Of a stretch of 64,000 bases of DNA, positions 1 through 10,933 are shown piece after piece. A model generated the notes under the pieces. It saw only the letters and a program-made list of their open reading frames with translations. It made no database searches and was not told where the DNA came from. The stretch comes from an uncultured Lentisphaerales bacterium (GTDB lineage Bacteria > Verrucomicrobiota > Lentisphaeria > JABSQK01 > UBA12247), in NCBI GenBank assembly GCA_943788985.1, contig CALSSJ010000005.1:128001-192000 (forward strand), in the 5' to 3' direction. The translations under genes and the position numbers were made by a program. The first letter of the stretch is position 1; every line of letters starts with the position of its first letter.

Positions 1-405
1 GGCAAGGCTAACTTCACCGTGGCCGCGATTCCGGACCTCACCCTGCCGCCCGGTCGCCTGCGGTTGATGACCATTCGCTCGCATGATCAGTACAACACCA
101 CGATCTACGGAAACGATGACCGCTATCGTGGGATCAAGGGGCAGCGCACCGTGATCTTGCTCAATGTTGCGGACATCGCAAACCGTGAGATGGCGGCTAG
201 CGACGCGGTCACGATTACCAGCTTCGGGCCCGACGGGAGAGAGCGCCAAGTGACTGGCTTTACGATTGTCCCGTATGACATCCCCGAAGGCTGCGCTGCT
301 GCCTATTTTCCGGAGGCAAATCCTCTAGTTGCGATTGACAGCGTCGCCGCTGGCAGCAACACGCCGGTCTCCAAGCTGATCGAGATCGAGATCTCGAGAG
401 GCTGA
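1..405 (+). CDS. FdhF/YdeP-family molybdopterin oxidoreductase, C-terminal part (5' truncated by window)
   Basis: Motifs LMTIRSHDQYNTTIYG, DRYRGI and AAAYFPEANPLV are typical of the YdeP/FdhF molybdopterin dinucleotide-binding domain. Confidence 0.85.
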   Translation, partial: GKANFTVAAIPDLTLPPGRLRLMTIRSHDQYNTTIYGNDDRYRGIKGQRTVILLNVADIANREMAASDAVTITSFGPDGRERQVTGFTIVPYDIPEGCAAAYFPEANPLVAIDSVAAGSNTPVSKLIEIEISRG

Positions 406-479
406 CCAGCCTGGATCCTAGCGGCTCTCTTCGCCCGGAGGGAATGCCTGGATTGAGGTTGCTCCTCAGCGTCGAAAGA

Positions 480-1322
480 CTAACCCAGGGCTGCGTACAA
501 CGCCGCCCGCATGGCAGCGACCGGGGCTTCCCGCTGTGTCCAGAGCTCGAAGCTGCGCACGCCCTGGTATAACAGCATTTCCTTGCCATCGGCTGTCTCC
601 CAGCCGCGCTCGCGGGCAGCGAGTAGAAGTGGGGTAGGGCGATAAATCATGTCGAGCAATCGGCCATTCTCTGGCAAGACCTCGAGCGGGATCGCGCTGG
701 GATCCTCTGGCTTTAAGCCCATGCTGGAACTCTGGACCACGACGCCTGCAGCAGACAACGCAGTGCGTACAGCATGATTATCCGCGCGGTCGATGACCTG
801 GATGCTCGCCTCGGTTTGCGAACTCCGCAAGACCTCGGCCAAGGCCTCGGCCCTGGCTTGCGTGCGGTTAATTAGGGTGATTTGGGCAGCGCCCGCGGCA
901 GCATAGTGACATGCTGTGGCCCGGGCGGCACCGCCAGTGCCCCAGAACAGAATGTGCGCGCCAGCAGCCGGGACCCCGAATGCCTCGCGAATAGAGCGCT
1001 CCAAGCCGTAGCCATCTGTCGACCAGCCGTACAGTTTGCCGTTGTCGTTCAGGACGGTGTTCACGCTCTGGGCGAGCCGGGCGGGAGGATCGATCTCGTC
1101 GAGGAGCGGGAGCATCGCAGCTTTATGTGGGACGGTGATGTTCCAGCCGCGAAAGTCGTCTGCGACAAGTTGTCGGATGCCGTTCTCGAATTCGCCGGGA
1201 TCCAGGGGGAGAAGCTTATACGAGGCGTCAATGCCAAGCGAATCGAAGCCAGCTCCCTGCATTTGTGGGGACACAGAGTGAGTGACGGGCCAGCCGAGTA
1301 CGCCAAATTTTTGCTGGCTCAT
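480..1322 (-). CDS. aroE: Shikimate dehydrogenase
   Basis: GWPVTHSVSP, GWNITVPHK, SVNT, STDGYG, GTGGAAR and DGKEMLLYQG motifs. Confidence 0.95.
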   Translation of the reverse strand: MSQQKFGVLGWPVTHSVSPQMQGAGFDSLGIDASYKLLPLDPGEFENGIRQLVADDFRGWNITVPHKAAMLPLLDEIDPPARLAQSVNTVLNDNGKLYGWSTDGYGLERSIREAFGVPAAGAHILFWGTGGAARATACHYAAAGAAQITLINRTQARAEALAEVLRSSQTEASIQVIDRADNHAVRTALSAAGVVVQSSSMGLKPEDPSAIPLEVLPENGRLLDMIYRPTPLLLAARERGWETADGKEMLLYQGVRSFELWTQREAPVAAMRAALYAALG

Positions 1323-2359
1323 TCCGGGGCCTGTCTAAATACCAGGCGCATTCCGTCCATATTGCCCTCGCGGTAGGAGCGGTCGAGCCGGACCTGCAGA
1401 TACTTCATGGTCTGGTTTTCCAGCAGTTCCTCTTCACTGAGAATGAGCGCGGTCAGAGCACCGCCGAATACCGCGCCGGTATCAACATTGACGGAGATGA
1501 CATCGGAAAGTGACCGCTCGAAGCAGGTGCGCTCGGGCCAGTCAGTATGATGGTGCCCATGCGGCTGCGGGCTGATGAATTTCACAAACGGGCGGGCAAG
1601 GCTGGCGTTGTAGTTGCCAATGTCTTCCCAGAATTGGCCCAAGTAGAGGGTGGGTGTGTGGCCGTGCACCAGGATGAAATCACCGAAGCGTGTATCGGGT
1701 TCGACCCGATTCCAGAGGTGGAGCGCGTCCGGACTGACGCGGCTGTTGCGGTGACAGGCGTGATAGGCGTCAAACGTAGTCAGGCCAAGCTGCCGCTCAA
1801 TGGAAATATCCGGTGGATCATAGCTGCGCGCCCGTGCCTTCTGGTACAAGCCTGCGTGGGTAAAGGCAAAGTTTACTGCCTGCTCACCCTCACCAATCGA
1901 GTCTTGGTGGGCGTAGCTCATGCGTTGGAAAAAGTCTAGATACTGGTCCTCGAGGACGAAGTCCTCTGCCTTAAAGGGCCGTTGGCGAATGCGATCAAGA
2001 AACAGCTTTTGGGCGACCTGCGGGTGGCGGTCGAAGGAGACTATGCTGGTCTGGCCACCGTTGCCGTTGAACCAGACGTTTCCGTACTGTTCGAGGATGT
2101 CGGTCTGATTGACGAAATGCAGCAGCATATCGTCGTGGTTTCCGGCGATGAACACTGTGGGCCATTCTTCTTCGGCCGCGAGCAGGATATCAATGACTTC
2201 GCGGCTGGATGGGCCGTAGTCGATATAATCGCCGAGAAAGACCAGCTTGCTCTGTTCACCCCGGTCGAAGTCGAACGACCGGATATGTTGAAAGAGTAGG
2301 CGCAACGGATCTGACATCCCGTGAATGTCACCGATAACCCAGACGCATTTATTACCCAT
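1319..2359 (-). CDS. Calcineurin-like/PPP-family metallophosphoesterase (Ser/Thr phosphatase-like)
   Basis: GDIHG, GDYIDYG, GNHD, HGHTP and VDTGAVFGG motifs. Stop overlaps the aroE start (ATGA). Start chosen at MGNK. Confidence 0.85.
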   Translation of the reverse strand: MGNKCVWVIGDIHGMSDPLRLLFQHIRSFDFDRGEQSKLVFLGDYIDYGPSSREVIDILLAAEEEWPTVFIAGNHDDMLLHFVNQTDILEQYGNVWFNGNGGQTSIVSFDRHPQVAQKLFLDRIRQRPFKAEDFVLEDQYLDFFQRMSYAHQDSIGEGEQAVNFAFTHAGLYQKARARSYDPPDISIERQLGLTTFDAYHACHRNSRVSPDALHLWNRVEPDTRFGDFILVHGHTPTLYLGQFWEDIGNYNASLARPFVKFISPQPHGHHHTDWPERTCFERSLSDVISVNVDTGAVFGGALTALILSEEELLENQTMKYLQVRLDRSYREGNMDGMRLVFRQAPE

Positions 2360-2538
2360 CGCATTCGTCCCGCGGGCTGAGATTGCACCGGTAAACTGCG
2401 AACAATGCCGTGTCGCGCCCATTTGGCGATCGACCGTTGCCGTGGATTTAGTCTCTGAATCTGATTAAGGTGGTGATTTTCAGACTTCAGGGGCGTCATG
2501 AAGCCACTTTTTAATTACTGCCGGGACGTGCGATCGTC

Positions 2539-3902
2539 TTGAAGTCGGACAAACAGAACCAGATTGGGAACTGCCTGCAGCGACGGCTGCTCGTGTATGC
2601 CGCGCTATCGCTCAGCATCGGCGGAGTTGTGCTGGCGTCTGTCGCAGCGTACCCCCCATACCGGCAGATTCGCACTGCGAATACGACTGCCTTGGTCTTT
2701 GCGGCGAACAGCTGCGCGGTGGCCATCGGCGAGTACCTGAGCCAGCTGCCGGCCGTGTCCGGGCTGATTACCACGCAGACCAAGGCTCGTGAGAAGCTGG
2801 AGGATTATAAAGCGATCAGCGTGACAGTTCATGTCGCCGCCAGTGCGCGCACCAAGACCAGTGTGGGCATCCATGTTTCGGTCACCGACACAAGAATCGG
2901 AATGACGACCGAGCAGTAGGCGAGAGTCTTCGACCCCTTCAAACAGGCAGATAGCGCCACCACCCGCAAGTATCACGGAACCGGCCTTGGACTCAGCATC
3001 TTTACACAAGGCGTACGTCTGCTGGATGGCGACCTCTGGGGCGAAAGGGAGCTTAGCGTGGGGGGTATTTTCATGTGAACTCCACTGGCGAGATTGGCAA
3101 AGAGCGTGTTGCCGAACAGGAGGAGCCCGCTCGACCGGCGGCGGCGCCGCTGGGCAAGTCCCGTGGGGCCCGCATTTTCGCCGCGGAGGACTTCGAAGCC
3201 AACCAGAAACTGCTCAGCCTTCTGCTGAATTGGATGGGGCATGAGGTCACCATTGCTAGCGACGGTGAAGAAGCCGTGGCGCTCGCTAAGGCAGGCGGCT
3301 TTGACCTGTTCTTGATGGACGTGCAGATGCCCAAGCTCGATGGCTTACGCGCCGCCGGTCAGATTCGGGAGTTCGAGGCTGAGACCGGGCAGCATATCCT
3401 GATTTTCGCCATGACAGCCCATGCGCTAGCTGGCGATCGCGAGAAATGCATCGACGCAGGGATGGACGAGTATGTGGGTAAGCCGATCCAGCGCAAGCAA
3501 TTGGAGAGGCTCATCGCCTAATACGCTGGTCTATGCACTGCGGAAGAGGCTGCGGCTCCAGCTTTCGACCAGGTGGGATTTCTCGAAGTGATCGGCGGGC
3601 GGATGGGCGTGGCAGCAGAACTGCAGTCTGTGTGGCAGCAGGAAGCCCGATCGCTCGTGGGGTGCCTTGAGGCGGCGCTGGCCAGCGGGAATGCGACTGA
3701 TGTCGTGTTCGCCGCTCACCGGGTGAAAAGCGCGCTCAGTGTCTTTCGAACTGCTGCAACAGATGTGGCTGCGAAGATGGAGCAGCGCGCACGCGTGGGG
3801 AGGCTGGGCGCCGCTGCTGCCCTGATGGACAAGCTGTTCACCTCCAGCAAGGAGTGTGAGCAGGCGATGGTCGACATGCTCAGTCCGGATACTGGTAACT
3901 GA
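2539..3902 (+). pseudogene. Degraded hybrid sensor histidine kinase (TM remnant, HATPase C-terminus, REC, Hpt)
   Basis: Reads [39 protein letters not shown] with an in-frame TAG at 2917-2919. A frameshift near 3065 leads to the REC domain (LMDVQMP, 3075-3521). An in-frame TAA then leads to Hpt (AAHRVKSA, to 3902). The HisKA domain is missing. Confidence 0.8.
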
Positions 3903-3903
3903 C

Positions 3904-4782
3904 CTACGTCGCCGGAGGCCGCTCGCGAGAATCACTCCAGACGCCGTAGCAGATACCTAGGGCGATAATCACAACGGATGGCCAAAATGCCCGGCTGGGT
4001 ACTTCGGCGAGAAACAGATAGGCCCAGATTGAAGCGAAGAACACCTGCCCGAGATTACTCAGCGAGACCAGTTGACTGCCCACGTGTCGCAACGCTCGGT
4101 TCAGGCCTGAGTGGCCTAGCGCGGTAGGGAAAATTCCCAAGCAAAGGACCAGCCCGATCTGGTGCCCATCAAGCGGAGGCATAATTCGCTCGAACAGCAA
4201 CGCGCAGAGCAGGCAAACCAGGCCGCTGACTAGATAAAGTGGGGGCATGTAAAGCCAGAGACTCGGCAATTCTCGGTTGCGCCGTCCGGCGATCAGGTAC
4301 CCGCACAACCCCAACATCGATGCCAGCGCCAGCAGGTCCCCAGGCAGGTACTCGGGATTCATGTTGAAGTCCCCGGCCCCCACGAGCAGCACGCCTGCGA
4401 TCGCCACCAGGGTCGAGATCCACTCGTTGCGTGTCACGCGCTCCTTGATCGTCAAATGCAGCATCAACGGCATCGCCAACGGAGCCAGATTCACGATCAA
4501 CACCCCATTCGCCGCGGGCGTCTTTCTCGCGGCCACAATCCACAACATCATATGGCCGGCGAACAACACGCCGGGCATCACACTGCGCTGAAGAGCCGGC
4601 TTCCAGTCCTGTCGGGGCAATTTTTGCAGCGCACCGACAAAGAGCGGGAGTAAGATGAGCGCGCCTAGGAATGAGCGGGTCGAGGCCAGCAGCAGCGGCG
4701 GCCATTCGCTAGCCTTGATGAAGATGACTGCGGTCGAGCAGTTGATCACTGCGAACAGCAGCAGCAGGTAATGTCGGGTCAC
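3904..4782 (-). CDS. EamA/DMT-family transporter
   Basis: About 10 hydrophobic helices in two repeats. GDLLAL and GIFPTALGH..N.ALR motifs. Confidence 0.85.
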   Translation of the reverse strand: MTRHYLLLLFAVINCSTAVIFIKASEWPPLLLASTRSFLGALILLPLFVGALQKLPRQDWKPALQRSVMPGVLFAGHMMLWIVAARKTPAANGVLIVNLAPLAMPLMLHLTIKERVTRNEWISTLVAIAGVLLVGAGDFNMNPEYLPGDLLALASMLGLCGYLIAGRRNRELPSLWLYMPPLYLVSGLVCLLCALLFERIMPPLDGHQIGLVLCLGIFPTALGHSGLNRALRHVGSQLVSLSNLGQVFFASIWAYLFLAEVPSRAFWPSVVIIALGICYGVWSDSRERPPAT

Positions 4783-5603
4783 GCAGGGACCAATTCCTTG
4801 CTAGCTTGGGCGAGAGCCTCAGCGATCTCCTCCGCGGGTTTTGCGGAGTTCGCAACCAGCCGGCCGATGAATCCACCCGCTGGCAGGTCGAAGCTTGCGG
4901 CCAATACCTCCGGCATCTCGGCCACGCGCCCGCTGGGCGGGGTGCCCCCTACCCGCTTGATCTCGGTGGCAAGGGTCTCCTGCAGTGAGTCGGGCCAACC
5001 GATCGCATAGATCGTCTGCAGCACCGGAAATCGGAACGCGCGGGGTGTGTCGGCCGGCAGTGCCTGCGGATCCCAGACCACCTGCGTCGCTCCCCGCTGA
5101 ATCTCCACGTGGCTCTCAAACCGATCGAATGCGAACGCCTCGCCACTGCCAAGGCGACCTGCGTGCACGGTCTCGATCAACAACAGGCGGCCCTCCGGGT
5201 GAACCTGCCAGCTTTGTCGTTGCGCCGCGCGGGTGGCGCTATGCAGGACCAGCGGCGGCATCTGCGAAATCACCGTGGCACCCTCTGCTACGGTCCCGGT
5301 GGTTTGCCAGGACACTGTCGCGTCTTCCTGCGTGCAGCGATAGGCGCGGCCGTGAGACTGGCCGCTCAGGAGCAGGGCGGCCGACTGTTCGCAGCGGACG
5401 TCTAGCGAGACATCGTCGCCCTGCACCAAGCCTCCGCCGTAGGATGAGACCATCACATGGCAGAGGCCGTCGTGTCGTGGATTCAGCAGCCTGAGTGGGT
5501 TCACACTGCGCCAGGAGGTAATGCGGGACTGCCCGCGAGTGAAAGCGACCGTCAGGTGAGACTGCCGGTCATGGGTGGACAATGCGCACTCCGCAATACA
5601 CAA
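4779..5603 (-). CDS. ureD: Urease accessory protein UreD/UreH family (start uncertain)
   Basis: PLRLLNP, SSYGGGLVQGD and GRLGSGEAFAF motifs. Confidence 0.8.
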   Translation of the reverse strand: MCIAECALSTHDRQSHLTVAFTRGQSRITSWRSVNPLRLLNPRHDGLCHVMVSSYGGGLVQGDDVSLDVRCEQSAALLLSGQSHGRAYRCTQEDATVSWQTTGTVAEGATVISQMPPLVLHSATRAAQRQSWQVHPEGRLLLIETVHAGRLGSGEAFAFDRFESHVEIQRGATQVVWDPQALPADTPRAFRFPVLQTIYAIGWPDSLQETLATEIKRVGGTPPSGRVAEMPEVLAASFDLPAGGFIGRLVANSAKPAEEIAEALAQASKELVPA

Positions 5604-6006
5604 TCACCAGCGCCAGCACAAAGCTGACCTGGCCCAGAATCATAGCAAGCTTGCGGTAGAGACCGGGATCTTCGCCAGCACGCACCAGCGCGCCCAACTT
5701 GGGGCCGATGTACCAGTCATGCAGGGCGGACGCGACCAACAGCAAAGTCACCAGCCCCATCTTGGCATGAATCCATGGTGATTTCATGTGCCCCCCTGTC
5801 ACAGCCAAGTACACACCGGTGCCAATGGCGACTAGCAGCGCAGCCCAGCCGATCACGCGAAACCGCCCAGCGGTCTTGCGCAGCAAGTCAGAGCGAGTGG
5901 CCGGGTCTTCACCCTTTAGTCCAGGAATAAGGGCAAAGGCAATAAAAGCAGATCCGCCGACCCAGATGATGGCGGCGAGAACATGGAGAAAGACGATCAA
6001 TTGCAT
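5569..6006 (-). CDS. CopD/DUF4149-like 4-TM membrane protein
   Basis: FLHVLAAIIWVGG start, K..LV..LL...ALHD..IGP motif, four TM helices. Confidence 0.7.
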   Translation of the reverse strand: MQLIVFLHVLAAIIWVGGSAFIAFALIPGLKGEDPATRSDLLRKTAGRFRVIGWAALLVAIGTGVYLAVTGGHMKSPWIHAKMGLVTLLLVASALHDWYIGPKLGALVRAGEDPGLYRKLAMILGQVSFVLALVIVYCGVRIVHP

Positions 6007-6545
6007 GTAGCGGTCCTGAGAGGTGGTGAGTATTGCTCGCGCAACCTACGCCATCTCGTGACGATCCCAAGCTCCAAGCTTGCCACGAGGCTCAGGAATG
6101 GCCGCAAAACCCCATTATTTCCCCATTCCTGATTGCAGGGCCATGGTGGGGTGACAATCATAATGCGGTTGCCAATTACGAGAAGCTTGCTGGCGAGGGC
6201 TACACCGTCGGTGCCAAGACCTTCCGCTTCTTCGCCTTAGACTAGCAGTCTGTCGAAGCGAGAAATCGTATCGATTTCGTGCAGATTTCAGACCTTGAAG
6301 GGCGCATGAGGTCTTTATGTAACCGAAATCGCTAGAAAAATGCACAAATGGAGACGGTTTTGCAGCCGGAGCGGCTAAGTCTGACAGGCTGCTAAGATTA
6401 TCAATGTCAGCCGGGAACATTGGCGCCCTACCCAGGTCGAACTGGCACGTTCGGGGCTGGCAGTTGCCACGCACAAGTTGCGCGGTGCTTCGAGCCCGGT
6501 ACGGTAGCGCCCGTTAAAACATACCAACCCCTTCGAGACCCTTCC

Positions 6546-7190
6546 ATGACGTCATTCAAACGCTCCGCACTGTTCGTCGCTATTGCCTCACTCAGCTGTC
6601 TCCTTGGCTTGGCCGCACCCGCAGAACCTGCCGCTGAAGTTGGCCCTGATAAGCACGGTGATGGCATCTATGCAGAGTTTGTCACCGATGCTGGCACCAT
6701 GTTGCTGCGCCTGCACTACGACAAGGTGCCCATGACCGTGATCAACTTTATCTCGCTCGCCGAAGGCACGGGCCTTGCCACGACCCGCCAGGGGCGTTTC
6801 TACGACGGGCTTACGTTTCACCGCTGCATCTCAAACTTCATGATTCAGGGCGGCTGCCCAGACGGACGCGGCACTGGTGGACCTGGCTACAAGTTTGCCG
6901 ACGAGTTTCATCCGGACTTGCAGCATGATGGCCCGGGCGTATTGGCGATGGCTAACTCGGGTCGAGCCACCAACGGAAGCCAGTTCTATATCACCCACAA
7001 GGCAACCGGCCACTTGAACAACAGGCACACGGTATTTGGTCGGATCGTGACCGGTCAGAACGTGGTCAACACGGTGACGAAGGGCACCAAGATCAAGAAG
7101 GTGAATATCCTCCGCGTGGGCGATGCCGCCAAGGCATTCAAAACGGACGGCGATGCCTTCAAAGCCGCGAAAGCTGCGGCTAAAAAATAA
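6546..7190 (+). CDS. Exported cyclophilin-type peptidyl-prolyl isomerase
   Basis: Signal peptide. FYDGLTFHR, FMIQGG, LAMANSG, TNGSQFYIT and HTVFG motifs. Confidence 0.95.
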   Translation: MTSFKRSALFVAIASLSCLLGLAAPAEPAAEVGPDKHGDGIYAEFVTDAGTMLLRLHYDKVPMTVINFISLAEGTGLATTRQGRFYDGLTFHRCISNFMIQGGCPDGRGTGGPGYKFADEFHPDLQHDGPGVLAMANSGRATNGSQFYITHKATGHLNNRHTVFGRIVTGQNVVNTVTKGTKIKKVNILRVGDAAKAFKTDGDAFKAAKAAAKK

Positions 7191-7203
7191 AGCATCGCTG
7201 CGG

Positions 7204-7788
7204 CTAATCTGCGGGCAGCTCGAACCAGAGTTGCTGGGCGCGGTGGTCGCACAGCTCACTGCACTGCTGTGTAGGGTGTAAGCGCGGGCCTATCAGGCAG
7301 TGATCCAGGGCGATCAGCGGCAGCCGGGCAGGCCAGGTGAAGTTGAGCCCGTCGCCAATGAGCGAGTAGGCGTGCTGATAGCCTTTGGCAACCATTTGGC
7401 CGGAGTGGGCGCTGCGCGGGGTATTGAAGTCGCCCAGCACGAGGTCGAGTGCTTGGCGTGCATGGCGCTGGATATCGCGCAGTTCGCCGCGGACTACCAG
7501 AAGCATCGTGCGCAGCCGCAGGACTCGACGGTTTGCGAAGCCCGCAGCGCCAATGTCCTCGGTCACCTCCGAAAGCAGAAGCAGGTCTGTATCCCAATCT
7601 GTGGTTTGTTTGACAACCGCGGTCTTGCCTTGCTGAAGCCACAAGACGTTCCAGTGCAAGGCCGATAGCCCGTGGGGGGGAGATGGGGCTGCGGCTAGCC
7701 GGGAATTAGAAAGCAGGAAGATTGCCAGCGGTAGCATTGCAGAGATCGCAAATCCTACTGCATAGAGCCAGTGTTTTTCCCGCAGCAA
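7204..7788 (-). CDS. Endonuclease/exonuclease/phosphatase-family protein (short, possibly internally deleted)
   Basis: N-terminal TM, HWNV, LSE, LGDFNTP, TWP..LP..ALDH and DHR motifs. Confidence 0.7.
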   Translation of the reverse strand: MLREKHWLYAVGFAISAMLPLAIFLLSNSRLAAAPSPPHGLSALHWNVLWLQQGKTAVVKQTTDWDTDLLLLSEVTEDIGAAGFANRRVLRLRTMLLVVRGELRDIQRHARQALDLVLGDFNTPRSAHSGQMVAKGYQHAYSLIGDGLNFTWPARLPLIALDHCLIGPRLHPTQQCSELCDHRAQQLWFELPAD

Positions 7789-7923
7789 AGGTCAACGCTA
7801 TCAGGATCTGCAATGCCGGTCAGGAACCAGCGATCACTGACCAGCTGGCAGACTGTCCAGACTTGCAAGGGCATGGCAGTAAGCGCTGTATATTTTCCAG
7901 GGAGATCCGGGGTGGCGGTGCGC

Positions 7924-9171
7924 TCAATCTTCGCTCACGTGCGGCAGGCGCTCAATGGGAGTCGGACTGCTGGTGTCGGTACGCTGGACCTCGCTGAATC
8001 GCGAGAAACAGATCCGCGAAATGCACTGGTGAAAGTTCTCGTGCCCGCTCAGGATATCGATCTCGACGCGCATCAGCAAAACGGGCAAGTCACAACGATC
8101 TAGCTTTGGAAAGCGCACGGCGTCTTTCTCGGTGGTGAGCACCAGTTCGGCACCTTTCTCGATGCCGTTGTTGATGCAGTCTATGATCTCCTGCTGCGTG
8201 TAACGGTGATGGTCCGCATGCCGCTCGAGATAGACCAGGGTGGCGCCAAAGCGCTTTAGAAACCGCTCGAAGCTCTCCGGGGCGGCAATGCCGCAGATGG
8301 AGGCGATCTTCTTGCCCTTGAGATAGTTGAGGGCCAGGACTTCCTGCGTGTAGACGTTTCGCAGGTACTGCGGTTTATGGCTGCACTCGATGATTTCGGC
8401 GTGGTGGTTGTGCCGCTTGATGAACTCTTTCAGGTGGCGCAGGTGCGCTCCGCCGTTGGACTTGGTCAGGAAAATGAAGTCCGCGCGCCGGAGGTTCTTG
8501 ATTGGCTCGCGTAGGAGTCCGCGCGGCAGGAGGTGGTGGTTGTCGAACGGGCGCGTGGAATCGACCAGCATGATGTTTAGGCTGGGCTTGAGCGGCAGAT
8601 ACTGAAAGCCGTCATCAAGAATCAGGGTATCCACGCCAAACTCGCTGATCGCGTAGCGGCCGCATTTGACGCGGTCCTTGTCGACGAGCACGATCACGTC
8701 CTTGAGATTGCTCGCAAGCATGTACGGCTCGTCGCCAGCAAGATCTGAGTTGAGCAGCAGCCGACGTCCGTCCGAGACGACACGTGGCGGCACGTCGCTG
8801 GCGCGCCGGAACAGCTTGTCCGTGATCTTCTCGAGAAACGTGCGGTTGCTCTTGCTGCGATAGCCGCGACTCAGAATGGCGACTTTGCGGCCGTTGTGGG
8901 TCAGAGCACGGGAGAATACTTCCACCACTGGCGTTTTGCCGGTGCCGCCCACGGTGAGATTGCCGATGCTGACTACGAGGCAGCCCAGGGTCCGATGCCG
9001 AAAGAGACCCTGCCGGTACAGCGTCAGGCGCAGTTGCACGGCAAAACGGTAGACACGGCTGAGGCAGAAGAGCGCCGCTTTCGCTGCGGTGTCCGCAGGG
9101 GAATGACGGCGTTCTTGCATCAGGTCGGTGACGTAGGTCTCGACCTGTTCGTTAAACGGGCGTTTCGCCAT
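7924..9171 (-). CDS. lpxK: Tetraacyldisaccharide 4'-kinase
   Basis: [39 protein letters not shown] and TTEKDAVR motifs. Confidence 0.95.
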   Translation of the reverse strand: MAKRPFNEQVETYVTDLMQERRHSPADTAAKAALFCLSRVYRFAVQLRLTLYRQGLFRHRTLGCLVVSIGNLTVGGTGKTPVVEVFSRALTHNGRKVAILSRGYRSKSNRTFLEKITDKLFRRASDVPPRVVSDGRRLLLNSDLAGDEPYMLASNLKDVIVLVDKDRVKCGRYAISEFGVDTLILDDGFQYLPLKPSLNIMLVDSTRPFDNHHLLPRGLLREPIKNLRRADFIFLTKSNGGAHLRHLKEFIKRHNHHAEIIECSHKPQYLRNVYTQEVLALNYLKGKKIASICGIAAPESFERFLKRFGATLVYLERHADHHRYTQQEIIDCINNGIEKGAELVLTTEKDAVRFPKLDRCDLPVLLMRVEIDILSGHENFHQCISRICFSRFSEVQRTDTSSPTPIERLPHVSED

Positions 9172-9303
9172 GAAAAGTTCCGGGGGGCGCAGCAGCGTGG
9201 GGCCGGTACTATGAGTTGGATGGTCGTGTTCGCAATGCGTGAATTTCGCGCATGCGCGTACGTTTTCGCATCTTTGACCACTATTATGATCCAGGGAAGC
9301 GGA

Positions 9304-10926
9304 ATGATCTCAGCGAGCGATCTGACCATGCGCTACGGCAAGCGCGTGCTATTCGAAAAGGTAAATTGTGTATTTAAGCCGGAGTGCCGCTATGGCCTGA
9401 TCGGCGCGAACGGGTCTGGAAAGTCCACGTTCATGAAGATTCTTACCGGCCAGGAAGAAGCAACCGCCGGTGAGGTGATGATTGAGAAGGACTGTAGTCT
9501 CGGCTATCTCCGGCAGGATCATTATGAATTTGACGATGAAACTGTGCTCAACACTGTGTTTATGGGTGATAAGGCGCTCTGGAGCATCCATAAGCAGCTG
9601 GATGATCTTTATGCGAAAGGCGACCTGACCGACGAAGAAAGCCACCTTTGCGGTGAGTTAGAGCTGGCCTATCAAGAGGCGGACGGTTACTCGATGGAGG
9701 CTAATGCAGCTAAGCTGCTGAACGGCCTCGGGATTAGCGATGAGTTTTATTACGAGCCCCTTAGTTCCTTGACCGGCGGCTTCAAGCTGCGCGTGTTGCT
9801 GGCGCAGGTGTTGTTCGGCGATCCTGATATCCTGCTAATGGACGAGCCTACTAACCATCTCGACATGGCCAGCATCGACTGGTTGGTCAACTTTCTGTCC
9901 CGCCGGCGCGGTACCGTGGTGCTGATCTCCCATGACCGCCATTTCCTGAACAGCGTATGTACTAACATTGCCGATCTCGACTATCAGTCGATTCGGATGT
10001 TTCCCGGAAATTATGATGATTTCATGACTGCGGACGCGATGGTAAAAGAGCGTGCGCAGAAGGAAAACAAGAAGATGGAGAAGCGGATTACTGAGCTCAA
10101 AGAGTTCATCAACCGCTTCAGCGCCAATGCAAGTAAGGCCAAGCAGGCGACCTCGCGCCAGAAGGAACTCAACCGTATTGAGCTGAATGAGATTGCTCCG
10201 AGCTCGCGCATCTCACCCTACATTCGTTTCGAGCCGGAGACGCCGCTCGGGGATCGCGTGATTGAGCTTGAGGGCATCAGCAAAGCCTATGACACCACGC
10301 TGTTCAAGAACTTCACCGCCAGCATCACGAGCGAAGATAAAATCGCGATCATTGGTAAAAACGGCGCTGGCAAAACCACGCTGCTGCGCATCATGCTCGG
10401 CGAGCTGGCGCCGGATTCTGGCAAGGCGATTCTGGGTGAGACCGTGCAGGTGAACGATTTCCCGCAGGACAACACCAGCCTCCTTGCTGGTGACGAGAAG
10501 GCCATCGACTGGCTGACCCAGTGGAATCCTGGTGATGAGGGAATCACCGATAATGAGCTTCGTTCTGCGATGGGGCGCATGTTGTTCCGCGGGGATGATG
10601 TATTCAAGCCTATCAGCGTGCTGAGCGGTGGCGAGCGCGCGCGTCTGGTGATTGCCAGAATGCTGCTGCAGGGCGGAAACCTGCTGGCGCTTGATGAGCC
10701 CACAAACCATTTGGACCTGGAGAGCATTGAGGCGGTGAATTACGCCCTTTCGCTGGTCGAGACCACGGCAATCTTCGTCAGCCACGACCGCGAGTTCGTG
10801 CGAAGTATTGCCACCCGGATCATCCTGATCGAGGACGGCGAGATTATCGACTACCCTGGGACGCTGGACGAGTTTGAAGATTGGCAGAAGCGGCAGAAGC
10901 GTCAGGACAAGAAGGAGCGCAAGTAG
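9304..10926 (+). CDS. ABC-F family ATPase (YbiT-like)
   Basis: Two ABC domains (GANGSGKST, GKNGAGKTT, LSGGE, DEPTNHLD twice), no TM segments, FSANASKAKQATSR linker. Confidence 0.92.
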   Translation: MISASDLTMRYGKRVLFEKVNCVFKPECRYGLIGANGSGKSTFMKILTGQEEATAGEVMIEKDCSLGYLRQDHYEFDDETVLNTVFMGDKALWSIHKQLDDLYAKGDLTDEESHLCGELELAYQEADGYSMEANAAKLLNGLGISDEFYYEPLSSLTGGFKLRVLLAQVLFGDPDILLMDEPTNHLDMASIDWLVNFLSRRRGTVVLISHDRHFLNSVCTNIADLDYQSIRMFPGNYDDFMTADAMVKERAQKENKKMEKRITELKEFINRFSANASKAKQATSRQKELNRIELNEIAPSSRISPYIRFEPETPLGDRVIELEGISKAYDTTLFKNFTASITSEDKIAIIGKNGAGKTTLLRIMLGELAPDSGKAILGETVQVNDFPQDNTSLLAGDEKAIDWLTQWNPGDEGITDNELRSAMGRMLFRGDDVFKPISVLSGGERARLVIARMLLQGGNLLALDEPTNHLDLESIEAVNYALSLVETTAIFVSHDREFVRSIATRIILIEDGEIIDYPGTLDEFEDWQKRQKRQDKKERK

Positions 10927-10933
10927 TCCTGCC

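Noticed and set aside
6033..6245. 70-aa ORF on the + strand
   Set aside because: It has no RBS or recognisable motif. It may be a gene remnant but cannot be assigned.
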